Assembly (NCBI RefSeq): GCF_036365525.1
Contig: NC_090378.1
Location: 105,344,151 to 105,408,150, forward strand
DNA length: 64,000 nucleotides
Direction: 5' to 3'
From: Heterodontus francisci
Taxonomy: Eukaryota
The notes below the pieces were generated by a model. The model worked only from the letters and a program-made list of their open reading frames with translations, was not told the DNA's origin and made no database searches. Below are positions 52,189-64,000 of this stretch, one piece after another. The position numbers and the translations under genes are program-made. Each line of letters opens with the position of its first letter. Within the stretch, counting starts at the first letter, position 1.

Positions 52189-52510
52189 CAACAACAACTT
52201 GCATTTATATAGCAACTTTAATGTAGTAAAATGTCCCAAGGTGCATCACAGGAGCATTATCAGACAAAACCTGACACCGAACTACATAAGGAGATGTTAG
52301 GACAGGTAACCAACACCTTTCTCAGAGGGGTAGGTTTTAAGGAATGTCTTAAAGGAAGAGATAGAGGGAGAGGTAGCAAACCAGAGATGTTTAGAGAGGG
52401 AATTCCAGAGCTTAGGGCTAAGGCAGCTGAAGGCACAGCCACCAATTGTGAGATGATGAAAACTGGGGATGCGCAAGAGGGCCAAAGTGGAGGAGCACAG
52501 AGATCTCAAA
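52189..52510 (-). mobile_element. L2-clade LINE 3' end
   Basis: (CAA)n-CTTGCATTTATATAGC tail; ORF 52297-52527 IGGCAFSCLSPKLWNSL...FKTFLKTY. Confidence 0.85.
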
Positions 52511-55495
52511 TGGAAATAATAAATCATAATTAGAAAGCATATAGAAACACTGAAATGTCAATCAAGCTGATATGTGCATGTTAGCTGATCTGAGCTGTGG
52601 AGGAAGTCTCAGGGGATTATGGACATGGGCACTCCTAGGGAAGGATGCAGAAAACTAATGCTGTCTCACCAGGATCACTCTGTACCATGCACACAGATAG
52701 ATGTCGGATGGTGAGAATCAGGCTGGGCTCAGCTGTGATGTATCCATCTAAAGGGTTAAGTTTGAAAATTAAAATACTTATTAGATAGATAGATAGATAC
52801 CCACCCACAGACATGCAGGGATATACATCTACCCATATGGATGGATAGTATGTAGTTACACAGGTTCTTAACCCCAAACTTGTTTATTCCAATTGTTGAA
52901 AACCCTGACGCATGCAGAAAATGTTCTCCAGTCAGTCAGACAGCTTCTGTCAGCTCACTGGAGTCAATCTGGGGCCAAATTTCACAGCACATTATTGAAG
53001 TGCAATCACTCTTTGGTAAAATTTATGTCCTTGTTAAAGCATTTTCTGTTTTTATTCAGTTCAACTTACTGAATGAAAGACTCAATAGTTGTGCTTTAGA
53101 GATTTGCAAATTGGCTTCGATTCATCTTTTTTTTCTCCTCAATATTCCTGCCTCCTCTTACATTGATGTGGACTCTGGCTGGGATACACTTCCAAAGGTG
53201 CCAGCAGACATCCGGGTTCTCACGTCAAGTAGCCAACCATCATTTGAGAGCCTCGGCAGCAAGTGCCGGTAAACATTTTAACCACCGAGTGCATCATTCA
53301 AAAGCACTGGTTAGTGAACAGGAGGGAAAAATTGGATGGTTTTCCTTTTCCATAGTGCAGGTACTGGGGCTATTTCTGATATTCAACTGCTATTGTTAAT
53401 TAAATTAAAGAATGAAGATTACGAAGACTGGATCTTCCTAATCAAGAGGAGATAATAGCACAGTGCATCATGCATTTATGTACTGAACTCACAGAGGAGT
53501 TAAAAAAAATCATTATCTGTAAGTTAGAGAAGTTTTGAACCAAGTATATATTCTGATAAAACTGGATATATATTTTTAGGATTCAGATCCAAATCTGTTT
53601 TTCTGCGTGAATTATATGTAAGTTCATAGATGTACACACACGGGTAGTACGAGGTTAAATGGAAGAGATGAAGGTTTAATGAAGGTGGAATGATGGCAGC
53701 AGTATGACAAAGGTGTCAAACCCATTTGTGAGAATCTGTTGCTCTCAAGTAGGAGTTTTATCATATAGGCGACTGGGAGGGACAATCGAAATGTTTGGGG
53801 TTTATGAGCTACAAGCATTCTAAAGGGTTAGTGCAGCAGATGGAAATGATCAGGGGTCCAATAGCCCTGCTATTGATTTCAGTGCTGAGTAAGATGACCA
53901 GGTCCAAACTGCTCCCTCATCAAGATGATGAAATCTTCCATAGTGTTACACGTACAAGCATACAAAGGGTTCTGTTAAATGTGGCAACGTTTGGTATAAC
54001 TGAAAGAGATGGTACAGGCATGGGTGTATATTTGGTCAAAAGTGATAGAAATGTTAGAGGTGTGGTGTATATGTGGTACCAGTGATAGGATTGGTAAGGG
54101 TGTGGGTGTATGTTTGGTACAAGTAATGGAGATGTTACACATATGGGTGTATATTTGAGATAAGGGATAGAGAATTACTGGTGTATGTGCATATTTGGTA
54201 CAATGGATAGAGATGGTACATATGTGGGTGTATATTTTGTAAGAGTGATTGGTGTGGATGTTTATTAGGTACAAGTGATAGAGATGCTACAGGTGTGGGT
54301 CTCTATTTGGTACATGTGATAGAGATGATACTGTTATAGGCATATATTAGGTAAGAGTGATAGAGATGGAACATGAGTGTCTGTATATTAGTGATAAATT
54401 ATAGATATTAGATATGGGTGTGTATTTAGTGATCAAGATGGTACAGGTTTATTTGGTACAAGGAACAGAGGTGATAGAAGTGTGGGTCTATATGTGGGGT
54501 ACAAGTGATAGGATTTGTAAGGGTGTAAGTGTATATTTCATACAAATGATAGAGATGGTATAGGTGTGGGTGTATATATGGTAAAAGGGACAAAGATGCT
54601 ATATGTATGGCTGCATATTTGATACAAGTAATTGAGATGGTACAGGTTTGGGTGTATATTTGATCCAAGTGATCACAATGGTACAGATGTAGGTGATAAT
54701 TTGGTAAAGGGATAGAGATGGTAAAGGTGTGGTTGAATATTTGATACAAGAGACAGAGATGGTTCAGGTTTGGATGTATATTTGGTAAAAGTGAAAGAAA
54801 TGGTAGTAGTTTGGCACATATATGGTACAAGTGATAGGATTGGTAAGGAGTATATTTGGTGCAAGTGATGGAGATTGTACAGGTGCGGGTTTTATTAGCT
54901 ACAAGGGACAGAGATAGTACAGGTGCGGGGGAATATTTGGCACAAGTTATAGAGATGGTACACATTTGGGTGTATATTTGGTACAAGTGATAGAGATGGT
55001 ACAGATATGGGTGCATATATGTTAACAGTGATAGTGATGGTACAGGCCTGGGTGTATATTTGTTGCAAGTGATAAAGTGGTACCGGTGTCTATGTATATT
55101 TGATGAAAGTGATAGAGAGTTTACAGGTCTGGGCGTATATTTGGTAAGAGTGATATGATTGGTGTAGGTGAGGGTGTATAACTGGTACAATTGATAGAGA
55201 TACTACTGGTGTGTGTCTCTATATTTGGTACAAATGATAAAGATGTCAGCGGTGTAAGTGTATATTTGGTACAAGTGATAGAGGTGGTACAGGAGTGGGT
55301 GTATATTTGGTACAAGTGATAGAAATGGTACAGGAGTTGGGGTATATCAGGTACAAGGGATAGAGATTTTATAAGTGATGGTATATATTGGTACAAGGAT
55401 TGAGATGGTACAGGTGTGAGTGCATATTTGGTAAGAGTTATAGAGATGGTACACATGTATGTGTATCTTTGGTACAAATGATAGTGATGGTACAG

Positions 55496-55598
55496 AAACA
55501 AAAACAAGAAATGCTGGAGTCACTCAGCAGGTCTGGCAGCATCTGTGGAAAGAGAAGCAGAGTTAACATTTCGGGTCAGCTACCCTTCTTCGGAACCA
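55496..55598 (-). mobile_element. ~100-nt PLE terminal unit inserted in the satellite
   Basis: TSD TGATGGTACAG (55485-55495 / 55599-55609); minus strand GTT-CCGAAGA-AGGGTAGCTGACCC-GAAA-TGTTAAC plus tail. Confidence 0.88.
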
Positions 55599-56080
55599 TG
55601 ATGGTACAGGCGAGTGTGTGTTTATATTTGATAGAAGTGACAGAGATGGTACAGGTATGGGTGTTAATTTGCTACAAAAGACAAAGATGGTACAGATGTG
55701 GGTGTATCATTGGTGAGAGTGATGGAGATGGTATAGGTGTGGGTGTATATATGGTAAAAGGGAAAGAGATGCTACATGTGTGGGTGCATATTTAGTACAA
55801 GTGATAGGGATGATACAGGTGTGGGTGTATATTTGATACAAAGGACAGAGATGGTACAGGTGCGGGGGGATACTTAGCACAAATGATTGAGATGGTACTG
55901 TTGTGGGTGTGTATTTGATACAAATGGTAGAGATGATACAGGTGTGGGTGTATATTTGATAAAAGGGATTGAGATGGCACACATGTGGTGTGTATTTGGT
56001 ACAAGTGACAGAAATAAGACAGATGTGGGTGTATATTTGGGACATGTGATAGAGATGGTAGAGGTGTATATTTGGTAAGA

Positions 56081-56290
56081 TTAGATTTTTTTTTTAGATT
56101 AGAGATACAGCACTGAAACAGGCCCTTCGGCCCACCGAGTCTGTGCCGAACATCAACCACCCATTTATACTAATCCTACACTAATCCCATATTCTTACCA
56201 AACATCCCCACCTGTCCCTATATTTCCCTACCACCTACCTATACTAGTGACAATTTATAATGGCCAATTTACCTATCAACCTGCAAGTCT
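56081..56290 (-). mobile_element. 5'-truncated HE1-type V-SINE in the satellite
   Basis: Near identical to 23281-23480; TSD TTTGGTAAGA (56071-56080 / 56291-56300). Confidence 0.92.
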
Positions 56291-57077
56291 TTTGGTAAGA
56301 GTGACAGAAAAGATACAGGTGTGCATGTATAGTTGGTATGAGCAATAGGGATGGTAGAAGTGTTGGTGTATATTTGGCAAGGGTGATAGCAATGGTAGAT
56401 ATGTGCATGCATATTTGGTGCAAGTGATAGAAAGTGTACAGGTATGGGTGTATTTTTGGTAAGAGTGATATAGATGGCACAAGTGCAGGTGTCCATTAGA
56501 TACAAGTGTTCAAGATGGTACAGGTGTATATTTGGTGCAAGGTACACCGATAGCAATGGTGCATGTGTATATTTGGTAAGAGTGATAGAGATGGTACAGC
56601 TGTGGGTGTATATTTGATAAGAGTGATAGATATGGTACATGTGTGGGTGTATATTTGTAAGAGATAGAGATGGTATAGTAGTGAGTGCACATTTGGTACA
56701 AGTGACAGAGATGGTACAGGTGAGTGTGTGTTTATATTTGATAGAAGTGACAGAGATGGTACAGGTATGGGTGTTAATTTGCTACAAAAGACAAAGATGG
56801 TACAGTTGTGGGTGTATATTTGGGGCAAGTGATACAAATGGTACCTAATATATACACACAACAGTACAAGTGACAGAGTACTGGTGTGAATGTTTCTAAG
56901 GTAAAATAAATTGAGATAGTATAGGTGTGTGTGTGTATATTTGGTACAACTGCTAGAGATGGTAGACGTATGTCTGTGTTTATTTGGTATAAGTGATAGA
57001 GAAGGAACAGGTGTGGCTGTATATTTGGTAAGAATGAACAAGATGGTACAGGATGTATATTTGGTGAACTATGGGCA

Positions 57078-58154
57078 TGTTACAGGTGTCAGTGTTGTTT
57101 TGAGTTTTTCTAACTAAGAGGTCGGTGTGCCTTTAAGACTGAAAATAAAGACTTTCTGAGAACATTGAATGCTGAATGAGGTGCAGCACAGACTGCAAGA
57201 CAATTTGTATCCGAGCTACTCAGCAGAGGAAGATTTACAACTGTCTTGTGACTTGGTTGTGTTGAAGGTTTTTAGTCAGTTCTGTAGTGTGAAACAGACG
57301 AGAGAGAGAGCAGTGATTCATAGACCAGAGAAAGGAAGTATTCTCTCTGAAAATAAGCTTTGCAATTCATGGAAAGAAGCGCTACAGTTAAGGTGTGGTT
57401 TTGACCAGCCTGAAGAGAGAGAAAAGGCCCAGAGGAAGAGGAGTTGTTACACTCTGGAGGAACACTGTTTTGGAGAAAGGAAGCCTTGTGTTTCAGGTGT
57501 GGCAGATTGCTGTTGCCTCCAGTCTTGAGAATTCCTGCCTCAAGAGTGAGTTCTGTTGCTTGTTTGTGTTTTTTTGGAGTTCCTGAAATTTCAAGAAAGT
57601 CTCTACTGTTAGATTGCTACACAAAAATTTAAGTAGACCTGTTGCTACACCTTAAGCTGAAAGAGCTGTGTGACACCTGCTGCAAACGAATTGCCTTGAA
57701 TGCCTACTCATCACTGACTGTTTATCAAACTCACCTGCAGAGACATCAAGTGGCATCCAATTATTCAACTCTGAGACACCTCACCAATCTGGAAATATCC
57801 AAACAGACTCTGACAAACAATTATTTTATTGTTCCCAAGAAACAGTCACAACTCAAAACATCCTTTTTCCTGGGGTAACCGTATGTGTGTGCATGAGGGT
57901 TAGGAAGAATAAGAAGTTATAAAATCTTTTCATGCATATAAATTTATCCCATTATTGTTTAAGATTTTAGTTTATTAATAGTTAATTTTGGTTGTTGTTT
58001 AAAGAAACCTGGTCAGGTGTGTTTTATTCTGAGGGATAACTAAAGTGTTTAATTTGGTGAATTTCTGGTAGGTGGGAAACTTTACTTATATGCTGTGATG
58101 TGTGGAGTAGCGAGACTGAATTAACACTGCATTACTCCTGCCTTGGTCGTAACA
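57078..58154. mobile_element. Probable solo LTR (~1.08 kb)
   Basis: Non-satellite block bounded by the inverted termini TGTTAC...GTAACA, with satellite on both sides; TSD not clean (GGGCA / GTGTA). Confidence 0.72.
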
Positions 58155-58560
58155 GTGTACATATAGTAACTGTGATAGTGATGGTATAGGTATTGGTGTA
58201 TATTCGGTATGTGTATTAGGGATGATGGAAGTGTGCGTGCATGATTGGTACAAGTGAACGAGATGGTACAGATGTGAGTGTATATTTGGTGCAAGTGTCA
58301 GAAATAGTACAGGTTTGGGTGCATATTAGCACAAGTGATAGAGATGGCTCTAGTTTGGGTGTATATTGGGCACAAGGGATAGAGGGGTACTGGTGTACGT
58401 GTATATTTGGTAGAAATGATAGAGATAGTATATCGGTGGGTGTATATTTGGTAAAATTGATAGGGTTGGTATAGGTCTGGGGGCATATTGGGTACAATTC
58501 ATAGAGATACTACCGGTGTGTGTGTCTATTTGGTATGTGATAGAGATGTTACAGGTGTGA

Positions 58561-59030
58561 GTTCGTAATAGGCAGAGTACTGATGGTACTCAACCAGTCC
58601 ATACTTGCAATATTCAGAACACAATGTCTAACATTAAATGTGATTCTGCAATTGGACAGCACTTACTGAAAAATCCCGAACGTGCTAAGAATTACACTGA
58701 AAACCAATTTAAGATTATCAGTAGGGTTCGCAATATGGCTCACTTACACTTGCTAGTAGCTACATATTTTCATACACAGGGACCTGTCCTCGTAGGCAAA
58801 AGGAATATGTCCAGCGTTGTGCCTTTTTGAATTGAACAAAAGCACATGGGACAATAGTTCCCTGGTGCATTCTCCATGGCAACACCTCAATCAATCAGAG
58901 TTGACTTGCCAACCAATCAGCAACCCTTTTCTCATGCAGTATAAATTATTGCTCCCTTTGAAACTTGGCATTCTTGCATCTGTCCTGATGAGTGCAAGAT
59001 GAAAAGCTTCAACAGCATGTCTCTTTTTTA
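58561..59030 (+). mobile_element. Penelope-like element family 2, 3' fragment
   Basis: ORF 58624-58830 SAIGQHLLKNPERAKNY...FKIISR...HLHLLVATYF...PVL resembles the PLE GIY-YIG C-terminus; followed by 3' UTR and a hammerhead motif. Confidence 0.8.
58981..59014 (+). ncRNA. Minimal type I hammerhead ribozyme motif (PLE family 2)
   Basis: TGTC-CTGATGA-GTGCAAGAT-GAAA-AGCT-TC-AACA: palindromic AAGCTT helix III, UC cleavage site, helix I TGTC/(G>A)ACA. Confidence 0.75.
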
Positions 59031-59569
59031 AAGAAAATATCTTTATTTGTAATTTGGGGTATCAGCTACCCAAGAAATACTATTTAGTTAATTGGGGGTT
59101 TCTTTTACTTTAGTTGTTGTAGTAAAAGTCTTAAAACATGAAATCTTGCCTGGTAATTTGTTAAATTGGTCTGGGGGGGGGGTCATATCTCATTTTTCAG
59201 GGTAACAATTTGAGGGAAATGAGGGTGCAACGAATTGGGAGCTCAGGTCCAGGATATGAATTCACAGACTGAAAATTTCCCAGAGTTTTAAACAAACGAG
59301 ATTTCATGATTACTTTTGCGGTGACATTCCCTAATCCTGATGTGGTGACCAGAGTTCCAGAGACAACAGACAGACCACGGGACAAGGAGACCACCAAAGA
59401 TTTTATGTGTGATTTATTGACATCAAAATGGAAATCAGTGTTGAGCAAAAATTGGTAATTTAAAACAATGTGATTTTAAGTTGACAAACAGAAAATCTTG
59501 ACACAATGCACGTTTTGTGTTATGATTATGTTCAAAACAAAAAGGGTGTACGCTGACAGCTAGAAATAT

Positions 59570-61397
59570 TAAGACAGATAGTATGAGTTTCTATAGAAAT
59601 TTAAAAAGAGTTAACAAATGAGCGTTGGTCCGATAGAAAGTGAGTCTGGGGAATTAATAATGGATAATAAGGAGATGGCGGATGAACTGGACAGATATTT
59701 TGCATCGGTCTTCTTTATTGAGGATACAAGTAACATCCCAGTATTAGCTGTAAGTCAGGAAATGGAAGGGAGGGAGGAACTCAAGAAAATTACAATCACC
59801 AGGGAAGTGGTTCTAAACAAATTGTTGGAGCTGCGGGCTGACAAGTCCCCAGGTACTGATGGACTTCATCCTAGGGTCTTAAAAGAAGTGGCTAGTGAGA
59901 TAGTTGATGCGTTAGTTTTAATTTCCCAAAATTCCCTAGATTCGGGGAAGGTTCTGTTAGATTGGAAAATAGTGAATGTAACTCCTTTATTCAAAAAGGG
60001 AGGGAGAAAGAAAGCAGGAAACTACAGGTCAGTTAGCTTAACATCTGTTTCAGGGAAAATGTTAGAACCCATTATTAAAGATGTTAAAGCAGGGCATTTA
60101 GAAAAATTCAAAGTAATTAGGCAGAGTCAACATGGTTTGTGAAAGGGAAATCATGCTTAACCAATTTATTGGAGTTCTTTGAGGGAATTACATGTGCTGT
60201 GGATAAAGGGGAACCGGTGGATGTATTGTACTTAGATTTCTGGAAGGCATTTGATAAGGTGCCACATCAAAGGTTAATGCAGAAAATAAAAGCTCATGGT
60301 GTAGGGTAACATATTGGCATGGATAGAAGATTGGCTAGCCAACAGGAAACAGAGAGTAGGCATAAATGGGGTCATTTTCTGATTGGCAAGATGTAATCAG
60401 TAGTGTGCCACAGGGATCTGTGCGGGGGTCTCAACTTTTTATAACTAATATAAATGACTTAGATGAAGGGACCGAAGGTATGATTGCTAAATTTGCTGAT
60501 GACACAAAGATAGATAGAAAAGTAACTTATGAACAGGATATAAGGGGGCTACAAAGGGATATAGATAGGTTAAGTGAGTGGGCAAAAACCTGGCAAATGG
60601 AGTATAATGTGGGAACGTGTGAATTTGTCCAGTTTGGCAGGAAGAATAAAAAAGAGACATATTATCTAAATGGTGAGAGATTGCACAGCTCTGAAATGCA
60701 AAGGGATCTGGGTGTTCTAGTGCATGAATCGCAAAAGGTTAGTATGCAGGTACATCACATAATTAGGAAAGCTAATAGAATGTTATCATTTATCGTGAGG
60801 GGAACAGAATACAAAAGTAGGGAGGTTATGCTTCAGCTATAAAGGGCAATGGTGAGACCACATCTGGAGTACTGTGTATAGTACTTGTCTCCTTATTTAA
60901 GGAAGGATGTAAATGCATTGGAGGCAGTACAGAGAATGTTTACTGGACTAATACCTGGAATGGGCAGGCTGTCTTACGAGGAAAGATTGGACAGGTTAGG
61001 TTTGTATCCGCTGGAATTTAGAAGATTAAGAGGTGACTTTATTGAAACATACAAGATCCTGAGGGGCCTTGACAGGATGGATGTGGAAAGGATGTTTTCC
61101 CTTGTGGGAGAATTTAGAACTAGGGGTTGCTGTTTAAAAATAAGGGGTCATCCATTTAAGTAAGAGATGAGGAGAAATTGTTTTGGAATTCTCTTCCTCA
61201 AAAGGCAGTGGAAGCAGAGTCTTTGAATATTTTTAAGGCAGAGGTAGATAGATTTGTTGATAAGCAAGGAGGTGAAAGGTTATTGGAAGTAGGTGGAAAT
61301 GTGGAGTAATCAGTTCAGCCATGAACGTATTGAATGGCGACGCAGGTTCGAAGGGCCGAGTGGCCTACTCCTGCTCCTAATTCGTATGTTCGTATGC
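59570..61397 (+). mobile_element. CR1 LINE, 5'-truncated
   Basis: ORFs 59618-60142, 60366-60842 (VPQGS, KFADDTK), 60885-61163; tail (TTCGTATG)2. Confidence 0.95.
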
Positions 61398-61887
61398 CCT
61401 TGAAAGCAAATGTGTTGAAAGAAAGAAAGCGAAATACTGAACAAAAGACTGAAACTATATTGGATTGTGATGCACTGAACTTACCTGACATTTGTAATTG
61501 AAGAAATTCAATTACTCAGTAAGTTAGGAAAATAATGATTTTTTTAGGTTTGTTTGCGAAATTTATTGCAGTATGTCTAGTAAGGGATGGAGTCTAAGCT
61601 ACATACACCAAGCAGGAAATCATGGACCTGTTTTGCTCCGATAAGGGAGGGATGTCATGATGGTTGTGTGTGCATGTGCGTGCTAGATACTATATGGTAC
61701 CTGGATGTGAAACTGAAATGCACATTCTGTATTATAGGGAGTCACCTGGCGTGGGGATTGTTGCAAGATCAGATAGCACATAGAGCAGCAGTAAGAAGAA
61801 GCCTCTATTAAGCTTGTTAAATCTGTAACTTCAAGTGCGTGTCTTTCAGCCTGCGATGCGACAATTGAAACTGCAGTTCTCAATGCT

Positions 61888-64000
61888 TATAGAAACATAG
61901 AAAATAGGAGTAGGAGTAGGCCATTCGGCCCTTCGAGCCTGTTCCGCCATTCATTATGATCATGGTTGATCATCCAACTCAGTAACCTGTTCCCGCTTTC
62001 GCCCCATATCCTTTGATCCCTTTAGACCCAAGAACTATATCTAACTCCTTCTTGAAAACATACAATGTTTTGGCCTCAACTGCTTGCTGTGGTAACGAAT
62101 TCCACAGGCTCACCACTCTCTGACTGAAGAAATTTCTTCTCATCTCAGTCCTGAAAGGTTTATCCCGTATCCTTAGACTATGACCCCTAGTTCTGGACTC
62201 TCCCACCATCGGAACATCCTTCCTGCATCTACCCTGTCAAGTCCTATTAGAATTTTATAGGTTTCTATCAGATCCCTCCTCACTCTTCTGAATTCCAGCA
62301 AATATAATCCTAACCGACTCAATCTCTCCTCATATGTCAGTCCCGCCATCCCAGGAATCAGTCTGGTAAACCTTCGTTGCACTCCCTCTATAGCAAGAAC
62401 ATCCTTCCTCAGATAAGGAGACCAAAACTGCACACAATATTCCAGGTGTGGCCTCACCTAGGCCCAGTATAATTGCAGCAAGACATCCCTGTTCCTGTAC
62501 TCGAATCCTCTCGCTATGAAGGCCAACATACCATTTGCCTTTTTTACTGCCTGTTGGACCTGCATGCTTACCTTCAGCGACTGGTGTACGAGAACACCTA
62601 GGTCTTGTTACATATTCCCCTCTCTCAGTTTATAGCCATTCAGATAATAATCTGCCTTCCTGTTTTTGCTACCAAAGTGGATAACCTCACATTTATCCAC
62701 ATTATACTGCATCTGCCATGCATTAGCCCACTCACTCAACTTGTCCAAATCACCCTGAAGCCTCTCTGCATCCTCCTCACAACTCACCCTCCCACCCAGT
62801 TTTGTGTCATCTGCAAATATGGAAATATTACAATTAGTTCCCTCATCTAAATCATTAATATATATTGTGAATAGCTGGGGTCCTAACACGATCCCTGCAG
62901 TACCCCACTAGTCACTGCCTGCCAATCGGAAAAAGACCCATTTATCCCTACTCTTTGTTTCCTGTCTTCCAAACAATTTTCTATCCATTGCAATACACTA
63001 TCCCCAATCCCATGCACTTTAACTTTACATGCTAATCTCTTATGTGGGTTTTTGTCGAAACCCTTCTGAAAGTCAAATAAACCACATCCACTGGCTCCCC
63101 CACATCAACTGTACTAGTTACGTCCTCGAAGAATTCTAGTAGATTTATCAAGCATGATTTCCCTTTCGTAAATCCATGCTGACTCTGCCCAATTCTACCA
63201 CTGCTCTCTAAGTGCTCTGCGATAAAATCTTTGATAATGGACTCTAGAATCTTCCCCACTACTGACATCAGGCTGACTGGTCTATAATTCCCTGCTTTTT
63301 CTCTACCTTCCTTTTTAAATAGTGGGGTTACATTAGCTGCCCTCCAATCTGTAAGAACTGTTCCAGAGTCTATAGAATCTTGGAAGATGACCACCAATGT
63401 ATCCACTAGTTCTAGGGCCACTTCCTTAAGTACTCTGGGATGCATGCATCAGGCCCTGGGGATTTATCGGCCTTCAATCCCATCAATTTCCCCAACACCA
63501 TTTCCCTACTAATACTGATTTCTTTCGGTTCCTCTCTCTCACTAAGCCCTGTGTTCCCCAACATTTCTGGTATGATATTTGTGTCCTCCTTTGTGAAAAC
63601 AGAACCAAAGTATGCATTTAGTTGGTCAGCCATTTCTTTGTTCCCTATTATAAATTCCCCTGTTTCTGACTGTAAGGGACCTACATTTGTCTTCACCAAT
63701 CTTTTTCTCTTCACATACCTATAGAAACTTTTACAGTCAGTTTTTAAGTTCCCCGCAAGCTTGCTCTCGTACTCTATTTTCCCCTTCTTAATCAATCCCT
63801 TGGTCCTCTTTTACTGAATTCTAAACTGCTCCCAATCCTCGGGTCTGTTGTTTTTTCTGGCAAATTTATATGCCTCTTCCTTGGATCTAATGCTGTCTCT
63901 AATTTCCCTTGTAAGCCATGGTTTGGCTACCTTTCCCATTTTACTTTTGCACCAGACAGGGATAAACAATTGTTGCAGTTCATACATGCACTCTTTAAAT
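61888..64000 (-). mobile_element. CR1 LINE, runs off the window end
   Basis: ORFs with NYRPVSLMSVVGK, IFADDTKLGG, RPHLEYCVQFWSP, WNSLP; tail ATAGAAACATAGAAAATAGG. Confidence 0.95.

Larger units (their letters stand above)
53990..58560. repeat. Degenerate ~41-bp tandem satellite with three nested insertions
   Basis: Consensus GGTACAAGTGATAGAGATGGTACAGGTGTGGGTGTATATTT; spacing read directly (TGTAT-type motif at 54971, 55012, 55053). Confidence 0.92.

Noticed and set aside
52880-53272. 130-aa ORF in unique sequence
   Set aside because: No ATG start, domain or convincing splice boundaries.
53975-58497. His/Tyr/Cys/Thr-rich ORFs and a CRISPR-like periodicity
   Set aside because: Translation artefacts of the 41-bp satellite; units are contiguous and degenerate, with no unique spacers or cas genes.
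59030-59460. Possible LTR end and exon-like segment
   Set aside because: No defined termini; in-frame stop after the acceptor; no recognisable product.
59570-64000. Convergent CR1 pair as a composite element or dsRNA source
   Set aside because: Different tails and subfamilies, no shared TSD; expected at this CR1 density.

Overview
Vertebrate, almost certainly cartilaginous-fish (shark-like), intergenic or intronic DNA dominated by decayed transposable elements. The taxonomic call is inferred from HE1-type V-SINEs, SacSINE1-like DeuSINEs and shark-type CR1 LINEs. I found no intact host gene, rRNA, tRNA gene or CRISPR array; nearly all ORFs in the track are TE remnants, antisense shadows or satellite artefacts. 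Content: about a dozen CR1 LINE pieces, a second LINE family (B) with a partner SINE, L2 tails, four SINE families, Penelope-like elements (PLEs) of two families, a Harbinger DNA transposon, a GalEa-like Copia LTR retrotransposon, a Helitron 3' end, a solo LTR and a ~41-bp satellite. The most interesting signals are minimal hammerhead ribozyme motifs in both PLE families, ~100-nt TSD-flanked insertions made only of the hammerhead plus tail, a Helitron helicase remnant with an intact hairpin+CTAG terminus, and a Copia element with a tRNA-iMet PBS. All family names come from motif recognition, not database searches, and boundaries of old repeats are approximate.
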